Made by a program: the position numbers and the translations under genes. DNA of 64,000 nucleotides. Origin: Camelus dromedarius (Eukaryota). Numbering within the stretch: the stretch's first letter is position 1; each line of letters starts with the position of its first letter. Shown in pieces: positions 38,695-52,556 of the stretch. Below the pieces are notes generated by a model. It was not told where the DNA came from. It was given only the letters and a program-made list of their open reading frames with translations, and did not search any database. The stretch spans positions 13,764,001 to 13,828,000 of the forward strand of contig NC_087436.1 of assembly GCF_036321535.1 (NCBI RefSeq), given 5' to 3'.

Positions 38695-41600
38695 GTTAGG
38701 ACACCAACCTCGCATAGATCACCTATCTTCCTATCTAATAATTTCGTCCCCAGCCCCATGGGGTTGATTCATATAGTATCGACTAGATTTCAGGAGATGC
38801 TTAATCTTAGCCCCTGAGCTGTTTAACTTTTAAGCTTGGATCCTAATAAGGTTGGACTTGCTCGCCTCATTCCCGGGAACTGCGGTGGAGCAGTGACCAT
38901 ACAAGGGCAGGAAGCCTTCCAGGAGGGAGGGCGGGAGGGAGCGGCCGCCTTAGCACAGTGTTATGTAACCACAAGAGGAGCGCTGCGAAAGGAAACGCTC
39001 CCCTGCCTTCCTTAAAAATGTGACATTCTAAAAATGTCTAGAAGACACCGAACAAGCACAGCAGAGCTGCTGGAGTTAGAAGCACAAATATAATTAGACC
39101 CAGAAAATCCGTTCAATCTGATGGGCTTAGGCGGCTGCTATTTTAAACAGTTTAGCTAGGTGGTGTCCTCAAGAAATAGCTGTCAAAATATGTGTGTAGT
39201 ATGTTTCAGTAAGAGCAGGATAAATGTCGTTTCCTTTTTCACTGGCAATGAGGTTATGAACGTTGACCTACAGACAGTCCCCGAACAAGCTGCATTCCAA
39301 TACCTCATTTCTAAGTCAGTTGTTAGGCTGGAACATAGTTTCCCATAGAAACAAGTTGAGATGTGGTAGCTCAGATCGCCAGATATGGCCAGAGAAGCCC
39401 ATTAACCCATCAGCAATTTTACTGAAGACCCTGACCACCACGTAGGACAGTGCTTGTGTCCCGATTTCTAAGCTGGGATTCCCTTGTCTTGGGAGGCGTG
39501 AGGATGCCCTGAACGCAGAGGCTGCTTGGAGGCGGGCGCGATGCATGGAAAGTTGGTTCCTCCACGGGCCACAGCACGGGCTCCAGGGTGAGGGTGAGGT
39601 CAGGTGGAGTCCAGCCCTGGAAGGCAGTGCGCCTGTGAAAGTAACCTGTCACTGTATTTGCAGTTAAGGATGTTATTTTCTTCTGGCAAGAACTTCCTTT
39701 ATAAAGGTTCAGAATGAGAGGACTACCTCCTACTGAGCACAGAGCACAGTGTTCATTGCTATGTCTCCATTATTTCACTTAATTCTCCAAACAAACTCAA
39801 CATCTTAGAGGCCAGTTGTTTCATCTGCATTTCAGAAACAGGGCAGAAAGGCTTAAGGGATAGTAAGTAACTTTGGCTAAATCCACAGTGAGAGCCAGCA
39901 CTTGAACTCAAGTTTGTTTGATCCAAATCCATAGACTTCCAGGGACTTAGGGAACACTTCCAACAGCTTGTTTATTTTCATTCAGTGGTTTTAATTAAGA
40001 CAGTAATTATCCTCCTCAGTGAAGGGACTGGATTAATTGATTCAAGAAATATTAAGTGCTTTATTTATATGTGGATGATGCAAGGAGAAATGAGCTGGGA
40101 ATCTCATGGATACAAGACGTCCAAACACGAACATGATTTAGGTAATGTTAAGAGCTGCGGTGGCCAGTGCCACGTGAGTGGACATACCTTCACTTGTTAC
40201 AGACAGCAATGGCTTTACAGGTCACTGTGAGCAGTATCACAGAGGGTCTCATGAGGGATGCTGGATTTGAGCTGCACCTTGTAGAAACAGGGCTTAGACA
40301 GAGGACATGCCTGATGAAAGGCTCAGATGAGCAAAACTTGCATCCTCACGATTCTTTAATTAAGAGACAAGACCAGCTTGATTTGTTTCATGTTGCAGAG
40401 AAGTGGAAAATAAGATTGAAAAGCTGGGGCCAGATGGTGCCGAGACCTCTAAGGATTTCTTTGTTGTAATTCAACTTTTTGTACAAGCAAAATATAGTTC
40501 AAAAATAAAATTTATAAAAAGCACAGGAAAAATCCCTCCCTTTCACATAAATAACCATGACTAATAAGTGTCCTGTGCATCCTTTCAGGGTTTTTTTGTG
40601 TGTGTGAGTAAACACAAGCAATTATAAATATGTTATTTCCCTCCTTTATTAAAAAGTAGCATATGGTCTGTAGAAATTTTGGATAGCAATAAATTATATA
40701 TATATTTTTTCTTAGAATTTAAAAATGACTGTTTACTTATTAAAATATAATGGTGCTTCCCACTAGGGATTTATTAAACAAATATCAAGAATTGGGAGAG
40801 TGATTTCCAGAGGTGGACTCACCCGGAGTCGGTTTTCTGTCTATGGATCTAAACCCTAAGGAGTGTGGGTCTAGGTCGGTGAGCGGTGCGCCTCTTCCAC
40901 ATTCGCGTTTAACACCCTGTGGGCTCCTCGCCTTGGCCTTCTTCAGTTTTCTCATCCCGTTTGTGTGTCTGCCTCCTTCACTTAATTGGAATTCTTTGAG
41001 GAAAGAACCATAGAACTCATTTATCTTCGTATCATCAACATCTAATATAATGCCTGGCAAATATGAGATTAGTAAATGAATGTTCAAATGTCTTAATAAA
41101 TGGAGAAAAAGTGAATGTGAATAAAATGTTCAAAAATCAACCTGAGCAACCTGGCCGAGCCCTAGGGGGTCAGAATACAAGGGGAGGAACGTTACTTTGC
41201 TCTGTCTGGCAATGTAGTCTGATGAAACACTGTAGGGGTGTGACAAAAGACCAGACAGCAGAAAGGAAGAGTGAAGACACTGGAGGGAGAGGAAGAGGAG
41301 GAAGATGAAGGTCTTGGAGCAGCCATGAGGGAGTTGGGTCATGGACATAGCAGAGAGGCTGGCCTCCACAGAAGCATGGGTGTGGAAATAATTAGAGGTG
41401 GGGGGTTAGGGAGTTGAGATTTATGCTTGAAGAGCTCAAATTTAATTTTTTTTTTTTTAATAGAGAAAATTGAGAAAAGTTGGGCTGAGTACAGAGGCCT
41501 GGGTGGTAAATGTTTGAAATAGTTTTAGGGACTGACAGGAAAAGCTGACTGAAAGTAACAGCTGCTTTACAGCCTTTCTGGAATAAGGCCAGTTACAGCT

Positions 41601-42571
41601 TTAAGTAAAAATGTTGATAAGCAATGCTGAGAATCTATTTGAGGCAGGAGATTATGAAGCTGTAATTCTTTTGTGCCAAATACTTCGTGAGGTGCTCTGG
41701 GGCCTACAGAGATGAAAAATTAACATGCCCTCAAGGAGCCTTTTTCTAGTAGAGAGAAGGTCATCCGACCCTTCAAAATATATTTAGTTCCCACATTACC
41801 ACCTTACTCGTTAAATGATCTTATTAGAACATAGTTAACACTGCAATATAACATGGCTGTCACTGCTTCTAAATCTTCTGTCCACATTTGAGAAAAGTGA
41901 AGCAACTTCTTAGATACTTTCAGTTATGGTTATGCAAAATAATATTGATATCCAGATATTTTATTCCCTGAAGGTGTGCTATGTCAAAATGTTGACACCG
42001 TTTCAAAAAAGACGTTATCTTTCTGGATCCACTAAGGAAATTGTTGTCATTAAAAGTATATTTTATCTGTTAAAAACAAACAAACACGCAGACCATTTCA
42101 GTCCCTGTAAACACAAACTGATTGTATTAGGGCCCTTAAAGGCAAAATATTTGTTCCAGTTGACATCAGCATCAGACCAAATCTGCTTGGATGGAAACTT
42201 GCTAAGCAAGTTAAACTCAGTCAGGTGTGGGTCTCCAAAGCTCTCATAACACAGGAAACACGTAAGCAGGAAGTACAACGGTAACAACCACAACTGGACA
42301 GAAAAAAGTCACACATCTGTTCAATTTAAATTTGTAAAAAGTTCCCATAGTTACTTTTCAAAATGTTATGAGAAACATGACACCTTCCAAGTTTGGGCTT
42401 ACAAAATAACTCGCCCTTTTTCTGCATCAAACCCAGTCTGCAAATTGGTCAGGTACATTTTACAGAGGTTTTTCAGAAAGCAGTTGGGATTTAACTATTA
42501 AAAGCTAATCTTTAACCTAAAGACACTTGAGCATTAATTACACATTTTTTTTCATTAATAAATTCCAACTA

Positions 42572-42665
42572 CAGCACTGGGACATTGTGCTGTACACCAG
42601 AAATTGACACGTTGTAACTGACTAAACTTCAATTTAAAAATAAATAAATAAATAATAAAAACAAA
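42572..42665 (+). mobile_element. Short young L1 3' end
   Basis: TSD aataaattccaacta (42557-42571) / aatacattccagcta (42666-42680). Confidence 0.85.
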
Positions 42666-43229
42666 AATACATTCCAGCTAAAAGGCAGCAATTTTTACAA
42701 ATCTGTTTTTGATAATAAGACTCCCAGCTCATTTTTCACAAATCTTTTTAATAAAGAATTACTTAGAATTCATTTCAGAAAATCCATGGAAAAAGCAAGT
42801 TAAAAAGCCCTCAAAGCCATTACCCTTCAACCTCTTTTCTATAAAATTCAGCTCTGTCCTATGTTTCTTATATTCTCTTTACAAGATCCTTTCTTCATGA
42901 ATAGGGATTCTTTTCTTTTGTCAAGGGATTCATCTTCAGAACACCCATAAATGTGCAAGCAGGTATGTTTGGAAATGGTCTTTAAAAATATTTTCTGAAA
43001 TAGCATGCAACTGAAAACAAACCAAATGTCTATCAATCTTAGTCCATCTCTATGAAGAAGTAATACATAGCAAGCAAAACAAACTTTCTGAACAAACTTC
43101 AAATTTTTAAATGGAAAACAAAATAGCATTGATTCATATATATGGAATGATCCAATTTTTGTTTTTATTCTTATTTAAAATTATAATGAAGTATCTCTGG
43201 AGACTAGGTAGTCGCAGTGTTACGTAAAT

Positions 43230-44345
43230 TGTTTCAGAGCAAATGAAATGAAATAAAATTTCCAAATCTTTTTAAAGAAGCAGGTAAAACATTGATACCC
43301 AAATCTATAGAGATAGCACATAAAGAAAAAATTACAGATGAGACTCACTTATGAAAATTGATGCAAAAAAATCTAAACAAACTATTAATGAACTCTAACA
43401 TCATATTAAGAGAATAATTCACCATGGCCAAGTAGGTTGTATGCCAGGAATGTATGGATAATTGAGTGTTAGGAAGTATATTAATGTCATTCACATTAGT
43501 AGATTTTAAAAGAAAGATCATATGCTTAGCTACATAGATGAGGAAAATCCTTTGATGAATTCAAGAAGCATTCCTTATACAAATTCTTGAGAAAATACTT
43601 CTAGATTAATACTTCCTTAACATTACCAATTATATATTATAAAAAGCCAACTTTCTACTTAATGCAGAATTACAAAGGTATCCCTACTAAGGTCAGAAAC
43701 AAGACAAAGATGCTCTCTATCTCCACTACAGTTTTAAGAGTGGTATTAGCCAATGCAATTAGATAAGAGAAAACAATTAGAAGCATAACAGTTAGAAGAA
43801 TTAAAACTATTTCTATGTGAAAATGACATGATAGGATACCTAGAAAACTTAAGAGAATTAATTATAAAACAAACTCAATCAAAAAAGAATTTAGGAAGAT
43901 AGCAGGATGTAAAGTTAATATGTTAAATCAATAGCCTTCAGATACATAAATAATAACTGGTTAGAAAATAAGATGGTACACCAGAAATTAACACACCATT
44001 GTACACTGACCAAACTTCAATAAAATAAATAAAATAAGATGGAAAACTCCATTTACAATGGCAACAACAAAAAAATAAAATACTTAAGAATAAACTTAAG
44101 AAAATTGAAAATTCTACGTGAAGTTAACTATAAAACTATTGGAAAAACACAAAAGTATGTTTGAGCAAATGGAAAGACATTCTTTTGTTTTTGAATAGAC
44201 TGTTTCATCATCATCAAGATTACCAGTTCTATGTTAATTTATACATTTAATACAATCTCAACAATAAAAATAGCACCAAGGTTTTTTTCCTGGAATTTGA
44301 AAAGTTGAAACTAAAGTTTGACCTCAAGTTGGTTTATCAACTTTG
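43230..44345 (+). mobile_element. Ancient L1 ORF2 (reverse-transcriptase region) relic with a nested ~54-bp young L1 tail
   Basis: Decayed LIPK..K.NY...LM.IDAK.LNK motif at about 43270-43385; nested insert 43977-44030 with TSD aaaataagatgg. Confidence 0.8.
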
Positions 44346-44629
44346 GAACAAAATTGTGACTTGAAAAAGAAAGCTGGGAGGCTTCCCTCTCAGAAAGGAA
44401 CCAGTCACCGCTGGGCCAGTCCTACTCACCTCTAGTGGGCTTGCTGCTTGCCATGCGGGTTGCTAAATCACCCAGTTACCAAAAGAAGCTGAAAATCTCA
44501 ATTTGCATGTGACATTTTATACGTGGACATGCTAGCAACTAATGCAAATGAACAATGAAAGTCTGAGCAAAATAAAATACCTCACAGGTCATATCTAGAC
44601 CATGGCCTGTCAGTTTTTGATCTTTTGGA

Positions 44630-44818
44630 AGCTGGCAAATTTTTTCTGTAAAGGGTCAGGTAGTAAATATTTCAGGCTTTGCAGGCCACATACAGCCTCT
44701 GTTGCATAATCTCGTCTATTTTTATCTTTAAAAAAGTGTAAAAAGATACTTTTAGCTCAAGGGCTGTGAAAAACACGCCTTGGATTTGGCTCTCGGGGGC
44801 AGTTTGCCAATCCTGGTT
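44630..44818. mobile_element. MER58-like hAT-Charlie element
   Basis: ggcaaattttttctgtaaagggtcaggtagtaaatatttcaggctttgcaggcca...ggatttggc...agtttgccaatcctg. Confidence 0.8.
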
Positions 44819-45794
44819 AATAGAAATCTTTAGGCTTGAGATTCAATGAGTACTTCCAGAGACAGCCACGTTACCTGACCTCTACTTCTCACAAATAATT
44901 TTTAAAAAATCAAGCTGGTGTAAGTATAACATAAATTCACCACAAAGGGCCATTTCATCATGCAGTGCATTTTCCTCCAGGTATATAGACAGTATTCAAG
45001 AAGCACACCCTGAAAGGGAGTTTATGTACAATTTTAAAGCATCTTCCTACCATCTGTCACACTGTAACTGCTCTTACAAATGATGCCACGTTAGCTGGAA
45101 AATGTTTTATATTTTACTCCAATCATGTTCACACAAAAAAAGTATTATCGTGTTTACAATTTAGACTTTTCTGCTCAAGAATTATTGGGATGGTTCATGC
45201 TTCTTGGCTGCCAGCTCTACTCATTTCCTTTCCTAGTCGCTTAGAGAGAACTGCTTGATAAAATTTAGGATCATAACATCTATTTCAGAGACAGGCCAAG
45301 AACTTTGTAATCCTGTGAGACTAAAGATGTGGCAGACATCAGAGGAAAAGTCATGTCCAGTTCTTCCTATGTATTGTTTTGGTCCTGGCCCAACCTCAGA
45401 AAGGACATTTCAGTGATCTGACCTGGCCCTGAACAACTGTGAAACCTACTAGGAGACTGTGAAGTCTCTCCCAGAACCCTTTAAAAATTGGACAGATAGT
45501 AAGATTTTAAAAATAACTACATGTGAAGAATGGGTTAAGATGGAAATCAGCTCTCAAATATCCTTTAAACTTCCAATTCATTTAAATATTTGGGAATATC
45601 AATTATAACATTTACTGAATCATATTTGATCCCAGACCACTAGTAATTTGACTCTATGTCTACCCCAGTTGTACTCAGAACCCAGGACTAAGGATTACCT
45701 AGAGCTTGGCTGGACCAATGCCCATGGGCTTCTTAACCATCTCTAGTTTCAGGGAAAAACAAGCTCAAAAGCAGCTCTTAAAGATTAAGAACGG

Positions 45795-46190
45795 TGATGT
45801 GTTGGAGTAGGCAAGCCAACTGTTAAGTAACAGGGAGCCAGCTGTTAAACACTGCCATCACTAAGATTAAATCACACAAACTACGATAAACTGTATCATA
45901 TTAAAAACAATGGTACTAAAACTAAAAACTCATCCCTCTGTAATTATTTTTTATTTTACCATTTTCTCTGTTCTTGAGATGTACACCTACTGCACCTGTA
46001 TGGGAGAAATACTGTCTAATGTTGTGCTACTGAGCATCTTTTCCCAACCCTCATTGTCACCACGTTGGTAATCTGAAACTGGCCATGTTGGGAATATTTA
46101 CGCTACACAAATAGGCAAATACTATAAACCAAGCCCCACCCCACTTCCCAAAGAGTCAGTTTAGTTAAACCCCTACCAGCACATTTTTGG
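45795..46190. mobile_element. MER63-like hAT element
   Basis: aaaactcatc...gtgctactgagcatcttttcccaac...cacgttggtaatctgaaactggccatg...taccagcaca. Confidence 0.7.
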
Positions 46191-47437
46191 CTTAGGAGGG
46201 TACCACAACCTCTGGCCTACTCACGAACAGACTTAATCGTTCTCTTGCTAGCCTCCAAAATACTCAAAAAATCTTTTTGACACTGCCTGAATATTTATAA
46301 AACAGAATCTTTTAGGGATCATTAGAAATGGCTTCCTTTTAGAACACACATACCTTCTCTCAAGGAAGCATCTTTTCTAATAAATAGCACACTGGGTCTG
46401 AGAAATTTTGGAATTCCCACAATTAGTGTATTAGGGAAAGGCTTATGATGGGTTATTTTTATGTTTTGTCCTTTGTCTCTTAACACCAAATACTTTCTCC
46501 TGTGAGAAGAGCTGTTGCCTTAAGGCAACATAAATTGGCCTCAAGAACAAAGTTGGACCAGTAAGTTCCCGCCCATATCCAGGAAGTGATTAAGTAGGCC
46601 CGGAGCAACCCCATGCAATACAAAGGCCAGATTCACTTACAAATGGCCTGGATGCCATCTGGGTCATTTCAGACATACGGAGTACTTCATTCAAGTTACT
46701 TAAAAGAATATCAAAACTGGACAGTATAAAAAAAAAAATTAAGGCATGTGTGTAAAGGGCATTACGCACATTTGTTTTGATTTTTGTTTTACGTTTGTCT
46801 TGGAGTGCCTGCAAATACTCTAAATGCATAGGCTGAAATAAAAAAAGACACACGAGATATACATTATTTTTAACCTACTCTTTTTTCGGCAGTTGAATAA
46901 AAATCCCTGAACTCTAGCTGGTGATGTGTGCTATACTGACACCACTATATCATCTTATAAAAAGTACATAAATCAGGACAAAGTGCTTATTCTTTACAGT
47001 AGAAAAGCATCACACATTCAAAAGAAAGTAGTTTTCACATCTGAGGAATTCTATCTAACTTTAAGTTTGAGGAATACCAACTTTCTGTATTTTTTTCTGT
47101 GGAAGATTTGTAAATATGATGCAGTATATTAAGAATCACTCACACACACTTTCCACTAAATACTGAGAAATAGTAAAGCAGCAATTAGGGTTTTTTGTTA
47201 TTTCCAAGCATGTATGTGTATAATAGAGCCTTCAAAGGTACCCTTAGTTCTTAATACTTAATGTTTGAATGAAAATAAAAAATGTTATCATGTCATGATG
47301 GCTGTGATCTCTAAAAAAATTACTGGTAAGCCTAACAGGTGGACAGCTTTACTATGCATTCTCCTACTCTGATGAGCACTGAGGCTCTCATCCTGTTTTT
47401 GACTGATCAAAGACTGCAAAACATCTACACTTTATAC

Positions 47438-47443
47438 TTTATT
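47438..47443 (-). terminator. MND1: Probable MND1 polyadenylation signal AATAAA
   Basis: tttatt on the + strand, about 120 nt past the stop codon, followed on the minus strand by T/G-rich sequence. Confidence 0.7.
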
Positions 47444-47561
47444 TAAAATTAATAAAATGAAAAACACAGTTACAGGTAAATGATAATTCAGTACATTTAG
47501 CTGGGTAACAAAAACGTTACATATTCACAAGTACATAGATCCTTCACCGACACTGAGCAGT

Positions 47562-47668
47562 TCAGTCTATGTAGTCAAAGTCTTCTGGAATTCCAAAATT
47601 TTTATCAATTTTATTTTCTTCGAACCCAAATTTTCTTTTGGCCCAAGATTTTATTGCAAATATGTTAT
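47562..47668 (-). CDS. MND1: MND1 last coding exon
   Basis: Acceptor ttttctttatag|; reads (D)[34 protein letters not shown] then TGA (tca at 47562-47564). Phase matches the previous exon; recognised MND1 C-terminus. Confidence 0.96.
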
Positions 47669-48588
47669 CTATAAAGAAAATGGAGAAACACTTTTGAGAA
47701 TCAAAAACATAATCATAAAACATTTCAAATATATTCTACAGGCTTTTTTTAATTTTACTTCTAGAAGTATCAAAATAAGGAGATTTCTGTATTTTCAAGA
47801 GTAATGGCAATTAATTTCAGAAGAAAGAAAATATTTAATGAGTGTTTTGAATAAATGGATCTCATATTTAAAAATTCAGTGAATTAGTTGCCGCTAAAGA
47901 ATAGCTGACTTAAAGAATAATCCAAAGACGGGGAGAAGTTAGTGGCGCCTCCTCCACATTTCTGCAGCAGAGGCAGGCCTCTTACCTCAGGGATCAGAGC
48001 TGCTCCGGTCCCCAAAGGAACGCATTCTGGCCAGACCCCTCCCTCCCCCACAGAGAGTAATGGCTCCCAGTCAGGCCAGTGGGAGAGCAAAGGGGTGAGG
48101 AAGAGGGAAGGGGTTCTCCTCTCTTAAGACTAAGAAAGGAGAAGATGTGTCCTCCGTGTCCCCTGGGGGGAATTTAAACTGCATTTGCCACTGAAAAAAC
48201 TGTTTTATCTACCTAAAGGGATTTATCCCAAGGAAATAAAACAGAATGTGTACAAAGATTTATGATCAAATCTTCACCCCAGTGTAACAAAAGGGAAAAA
48301 TAGAAGCACTCTGAATGTCTAACCCCCTGGAAGGGTGACTACGCGCAGGCAGTGAGGGACACGAGGCAGTGCCAACGTGCTCACAGCAGCTGCACCCAGG
48401 GGATGGGAATGATGGTGAGCTTTAATTTTACACGTTCTCTTTAATGTACATTCACCATCTTCATAATGAATATTATTATAAATAGAGAAAAATAATGGTA
48501 TACAGTTTTCTGGTTCAGAGTATTCCATAAAACGCTGAGCACTGTGTTAGTTGAGATGAATGAAGGGTTAAAACAGGTTCTTCTGGAG

Positions 48589-48989
48589 TGTTATTGGCTG
48601 AATCGCGTCACCTCCCCTGATTCGTATGTTACAGTCCTAAGCCCACTACCTCAGAATGTGACTATATTTGGAAATTGGGTCTTCAAAGAGGTGATTTAGT
48701 GAAAACGAGCCTATTAGGAAGGGTCCTAATCCAATCTGACTGGTGTCTCTGTAAGAAGAGGAAATGTGGACACCCTGAGACACCAGGGGCAGGCAGAGAG
48801 AAGACCCTGTCAGGACCCAAGGAGACGGTGACCACCTACAAGCCAAGGAGAGAGAGGCCTCAGAAGAAACCAAACCTGCTCACACCTTGATCTTGGACTT
48901 CCAGCCTCCAGAACTGTGAGAAAATTAATTTCTGTTGTTTGAGCCACCTAGTCTGAAGTATAATGTTATGATTTCTTAGGAAATTAATA
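48589..48989 (+). mobile_element. MLT1A/B (MaLR) solo LTR in the last MND1 intron
   Basis: acctcagaatgtgactatatttggaaat...cctaatccaatctgactggtgtc...caccttgatcttggacttccagcctccagaactgtgagaaaat. Confidence 0.9.
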
Positions 48990-50495
48990 TATGTAGTTTG
49001 ATCACTTTTTAAAACATTTAAAAAAACTTTCTAAAATAAAGTTTAATTCCAACTATCAGATAATGATAACTAAATGTTAGGAATGAAGTTCACTGCTAAG
49101 GTGAATACTACTATATCAAATAGAATAATGTTAACAAAAGATCCTCATTTCTTTTAATTAATGTGTTACGGAATAACAGACACTAAAATAAATCCGTGTA
49201 ACAGTCTAAACTAAATCTTTACTTTTCACAAGACCCTAAGCGAGAACACTAATAGCATGAGGTACTGTAGAATGACCTGTGTAGTTTTATTAGTGTCTGC
49301 ACAACCTGTGCATTCTTGACAATCAGAAGCAAATACTTATAGAGAGCCCACTGCTACATAAGACAGGTATTAAGTGTGTTACAGGAATTCCAGAACATAA
49401 AGAGCCTATGCCTTCAAGCTGACACAAGAGTAGAGAGAAAAATCAATTTATTTCTAAACAATTCCAAAGTGATATGTCTGTTAGAGAGAAAACATCAAGG
49501 GTTATGTGTACAGCTTCCAGAATAGGCTCAAGAATACAGAAGGATTTCCAGGAAATAAGAGGACACATGCAACACTCTAGGAAGCCTGGAGGAATGGACT
49601 TCAAACCGGATCAGGAGAGAAGAAAACAAGGCACCAGAGCAAGGCTAGAGGCTTTGCAGGAAGAAGTTCCTGGTTTATATGAGGGCATGAAAACATTTTA
49701 TTATAAATCTTCAAAGATGAAGAACAGACAAATAAAAAGCTTCTCTACACAATGCTCAATGGACCAATTCAAAAAGACTCTGATTAAATATGTCCTTGGG
49801 CCACTGGATGTCTGCCTTCAAGACAATGTTGCCCAAAATCTTGACAGTTCATCCCTGTCAATTAATTTTTCTATTATGTGGAAATGTTTGCAAATGGATA
49901 AGAAATAGGTCCTTTTTTTGTTTTTAAAGAAACAACCTGAAGTCTGGTAGAATTTGTCTTAATTTATATGACATCATACCCAAGCTATATACACACACAC
50001 GCATATATATATATATACATATAGGAATCGGATGGGCAGTAGCACACTCATGAGTCTACGTCAGGACCACACATCTATCCCTCCTCGTTCGTTAAGATGC
50101 CTCTCACACAGTCGTAAAAACTCCACTGTCTTAGTTATTAGGCAAGGTTTTATGTAATTTGATAAATCACATTTAAAGTATTTAATGTCATAAAACATTT
50201 AGATGTGATATTTCTAGTTATACCCTGAGGTAATTTCTCATTCTATAAAACCGAAATACTGAATTACTAAAGTTAATATGCTCGATTCAGAATATATTTT
50301 AGGGAGCTTTTCTGTATAAAGAAACCAAATCTTAACTAATAATTACATAACAATCTTTAGTTTTAAGTATTATTGATGCTTCCTCTTTGTTGTTTTAAGA
50401 AGAGGCATTCTGAGGTGTAATTTGTTTTAACTACATGATTCTTGCATAACACTTTTATGTTAGAAGGAGCAAGCAAGCTGTAAACCCCAAAAAAA

Positions 50496-50636
50496 TTTTT
50501 TTAAGTTTTTTTTTTGAGGGGGAGGGAGGTAATTAGGTTTATTTATTGATTTATTTTTAGAGGAGGTACTGGGGATTGAACCCAGGACCTCGTGCACGCT
50601 AAGCACGTGCTCTACCACTTGAGCTACACCCTCCCT
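50496..50636 (-). mobile_element. tRNA-Ala-derived SINE, near-intact head
   Basis: Minus strand reads gggagggtgtagctcaagtggtagagcacgtgcttagcgtgcacgaggtcctgggttcaatccccagtacctcc plus family tail. Confidence 0.92.
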
Positions 50637-51104
50637 CCTCAAATGGAAAGATGGTTCTTAGCTGTTTCTGCTGTCCTAAAAATATCCTTCCTACATGATT
50701 TAAAAAGATTCAGGTTCTTTCTCAGCTAATAACACAAGGGGAAAAAAGTTGTTCACATTTTTTAAATTATAATTTTTGAAGTTTATGACCAACTGGAAAA
50801 CATGAAAGGATTTTTTTGAAGAGAAAGGGAAAAGGGGAATATTTGTTTATCTGTGTCTAATGGTGTGCTCAAGGGCTTACAAACCATCTTATTTAATCCT
50901 CCCAAAATATGAGGTAGATATTATCCACACTGAACAGATGAGGAAGCAGGCTCAGAGAAGTTCAGTAAGTCACATAGCAAATAAGGAGCGCAACATGGAT
51001 TCTGTTCAAAGCCAAGCTCCTCCCACCATCTACACAGGCTGCCGGTTCCTACTGTTTGCTTAGCTGCCTTGTTCATTGGGGGAAATCACTTTGTGACTCT
51101 CGTC

Positions 51105-51189
51105 TTTTTTTGTTTTGTTTTTTACTGGAGGAACTGGGGATTGAACCCAGGACCTCGTGCATGCTAAGCACCACTGAGCTATACTCCCA
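51105..51189 (-). mobile_element. tRNA-Ala-derived SINE with internal deletion
   Basis: TSD-like ctctcgtctt / ctcttgtctt. Confidence 0.85.
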
Positions 51190-51989
51190 CTACTTCCTCT
51201 TGTCTTATTTTTAACCTAAAAATTCACTTGTCACTTTTCTCACTCAAATTTTGTATTACTCAAACCTATACATCACTGTATTTATTATTTACTCACATTT
51301 TACAGGACACACGTTTCACTATCTTCTTTTGTTCAATGTTAAGTTTGCTGCTTTTACCCTCCTCTGTTCCTATCACTAAAGCACTACATTATGTAGGAAA
51401 TAGCTTTGTAATAAATAAGATTGTAACTGTATAGGAACCAAAGGCCAGTTACATTGATTTTATCAGTCTACCTAATTATAAAACAGACAAGGAAAAATGA
51501 TTCTTAAGCTTTCTGTGAAACACAGAGGCCTGGACATGGAATCAGGGAAACCTGGCTCAAATCCCTGTTCTTCCAGTGACTAATCACCTTTGACTTAAGG
51601 CAGCCACTTCAACCTTTGTGCCTCTCTTTGTCGATGTAATCTTATCCACACTCTCCCACAGAAACACAAAGATGAGTAACACATGTGAAGACACTAAAGA
51701 CTTACCAAGTGGAAAAGTCCAATTACCACTATCTTATAATTAAATACTGGAAAAACACCAGTGTAACTTCCAGACAGGTTTTAACAGTCATAATCATGCT
51801 TGTATATAATTCTCTACAGTTATTATTTATTAACTTTCTTCTAAACTTTAAGACACATAGATAAAGCCTTATTAATTCCCATTTCTTAAAATATCCTGAC
51901 ATAGACCAGAGGGTATATCTATTGGTAAGTAGATTAAAGAGGCGTTGACATGAAAGCAGGTACACGGAGAAGAGCGTATCATGCAGTGG

Positions 51990-52200
51990 GCAAGAGCCTG
52001 GACCGTGAAATTGAATCCCTGTCCCACTGCCCAGCACCTGTGTGACTGTGGGCTCCTAGTGGCCTCAGCTTCATCTCTAAAATTAGGGATGATAATCCTA
52101 TCCACCTCACAAGACTGTTGTGGGGATAAAATGAGAACACACCATGGACACACTTTACAATGCCTGGCTTACAGTCAGCCCTCAACAAATGTTGGCTTAT
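51990..52200 (+). mobile_element. MIR (further MIRs at about 11210, 39720, 50870, 51530)
   Basis: ttgaatccc...ctgtgtgactgtggg...cctcagcttcatctctaaaattagggatgataat. Confidence 0.7.
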
Positions 52201-52556
52201 TATAAGCAAGAAGACCAATCTTTAGGATACACTCTTAAATTTGTATCTTGTATTAATATATACGAAGGTTAAGGGATCAGCCTAAGCCATTTATCTGGGA
52301 AAAGTTACACAAAACTTAAACTGGACAAAATCATTGGTTTTAAAAAATGTCTTATAATTTACAAAATGACTCATAATAAGATTAAAAAAAAAAAAACCTT
52401 GTTACTAAAGTGAGTTAATATATAAAAACTTGATTAATACATACATTTCCAGAAATGTCTTTTCTTGAACAAAACTAGGCACAATAGCTTCTGCACTTCA
52501 TATCATAGTAACTGTGGAAGAGTCTGACCAGTTTACCAGTGCCCTGTGATACATAC

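Noticed and set aside
49474..49908. 144-aa ATG ORF antisense in the last MND1 intron
   Set aside because: No recognisable homology; it follows decayed L2-like sequence and is likely a chance ORF.
50560..50636. Apparent tRNA-Ala(AGC) genes here and at the other SINE heads
   Set aside because: Each has a family-specific tail and most have TSDs, so they are SINEs rather than tRNA genes.
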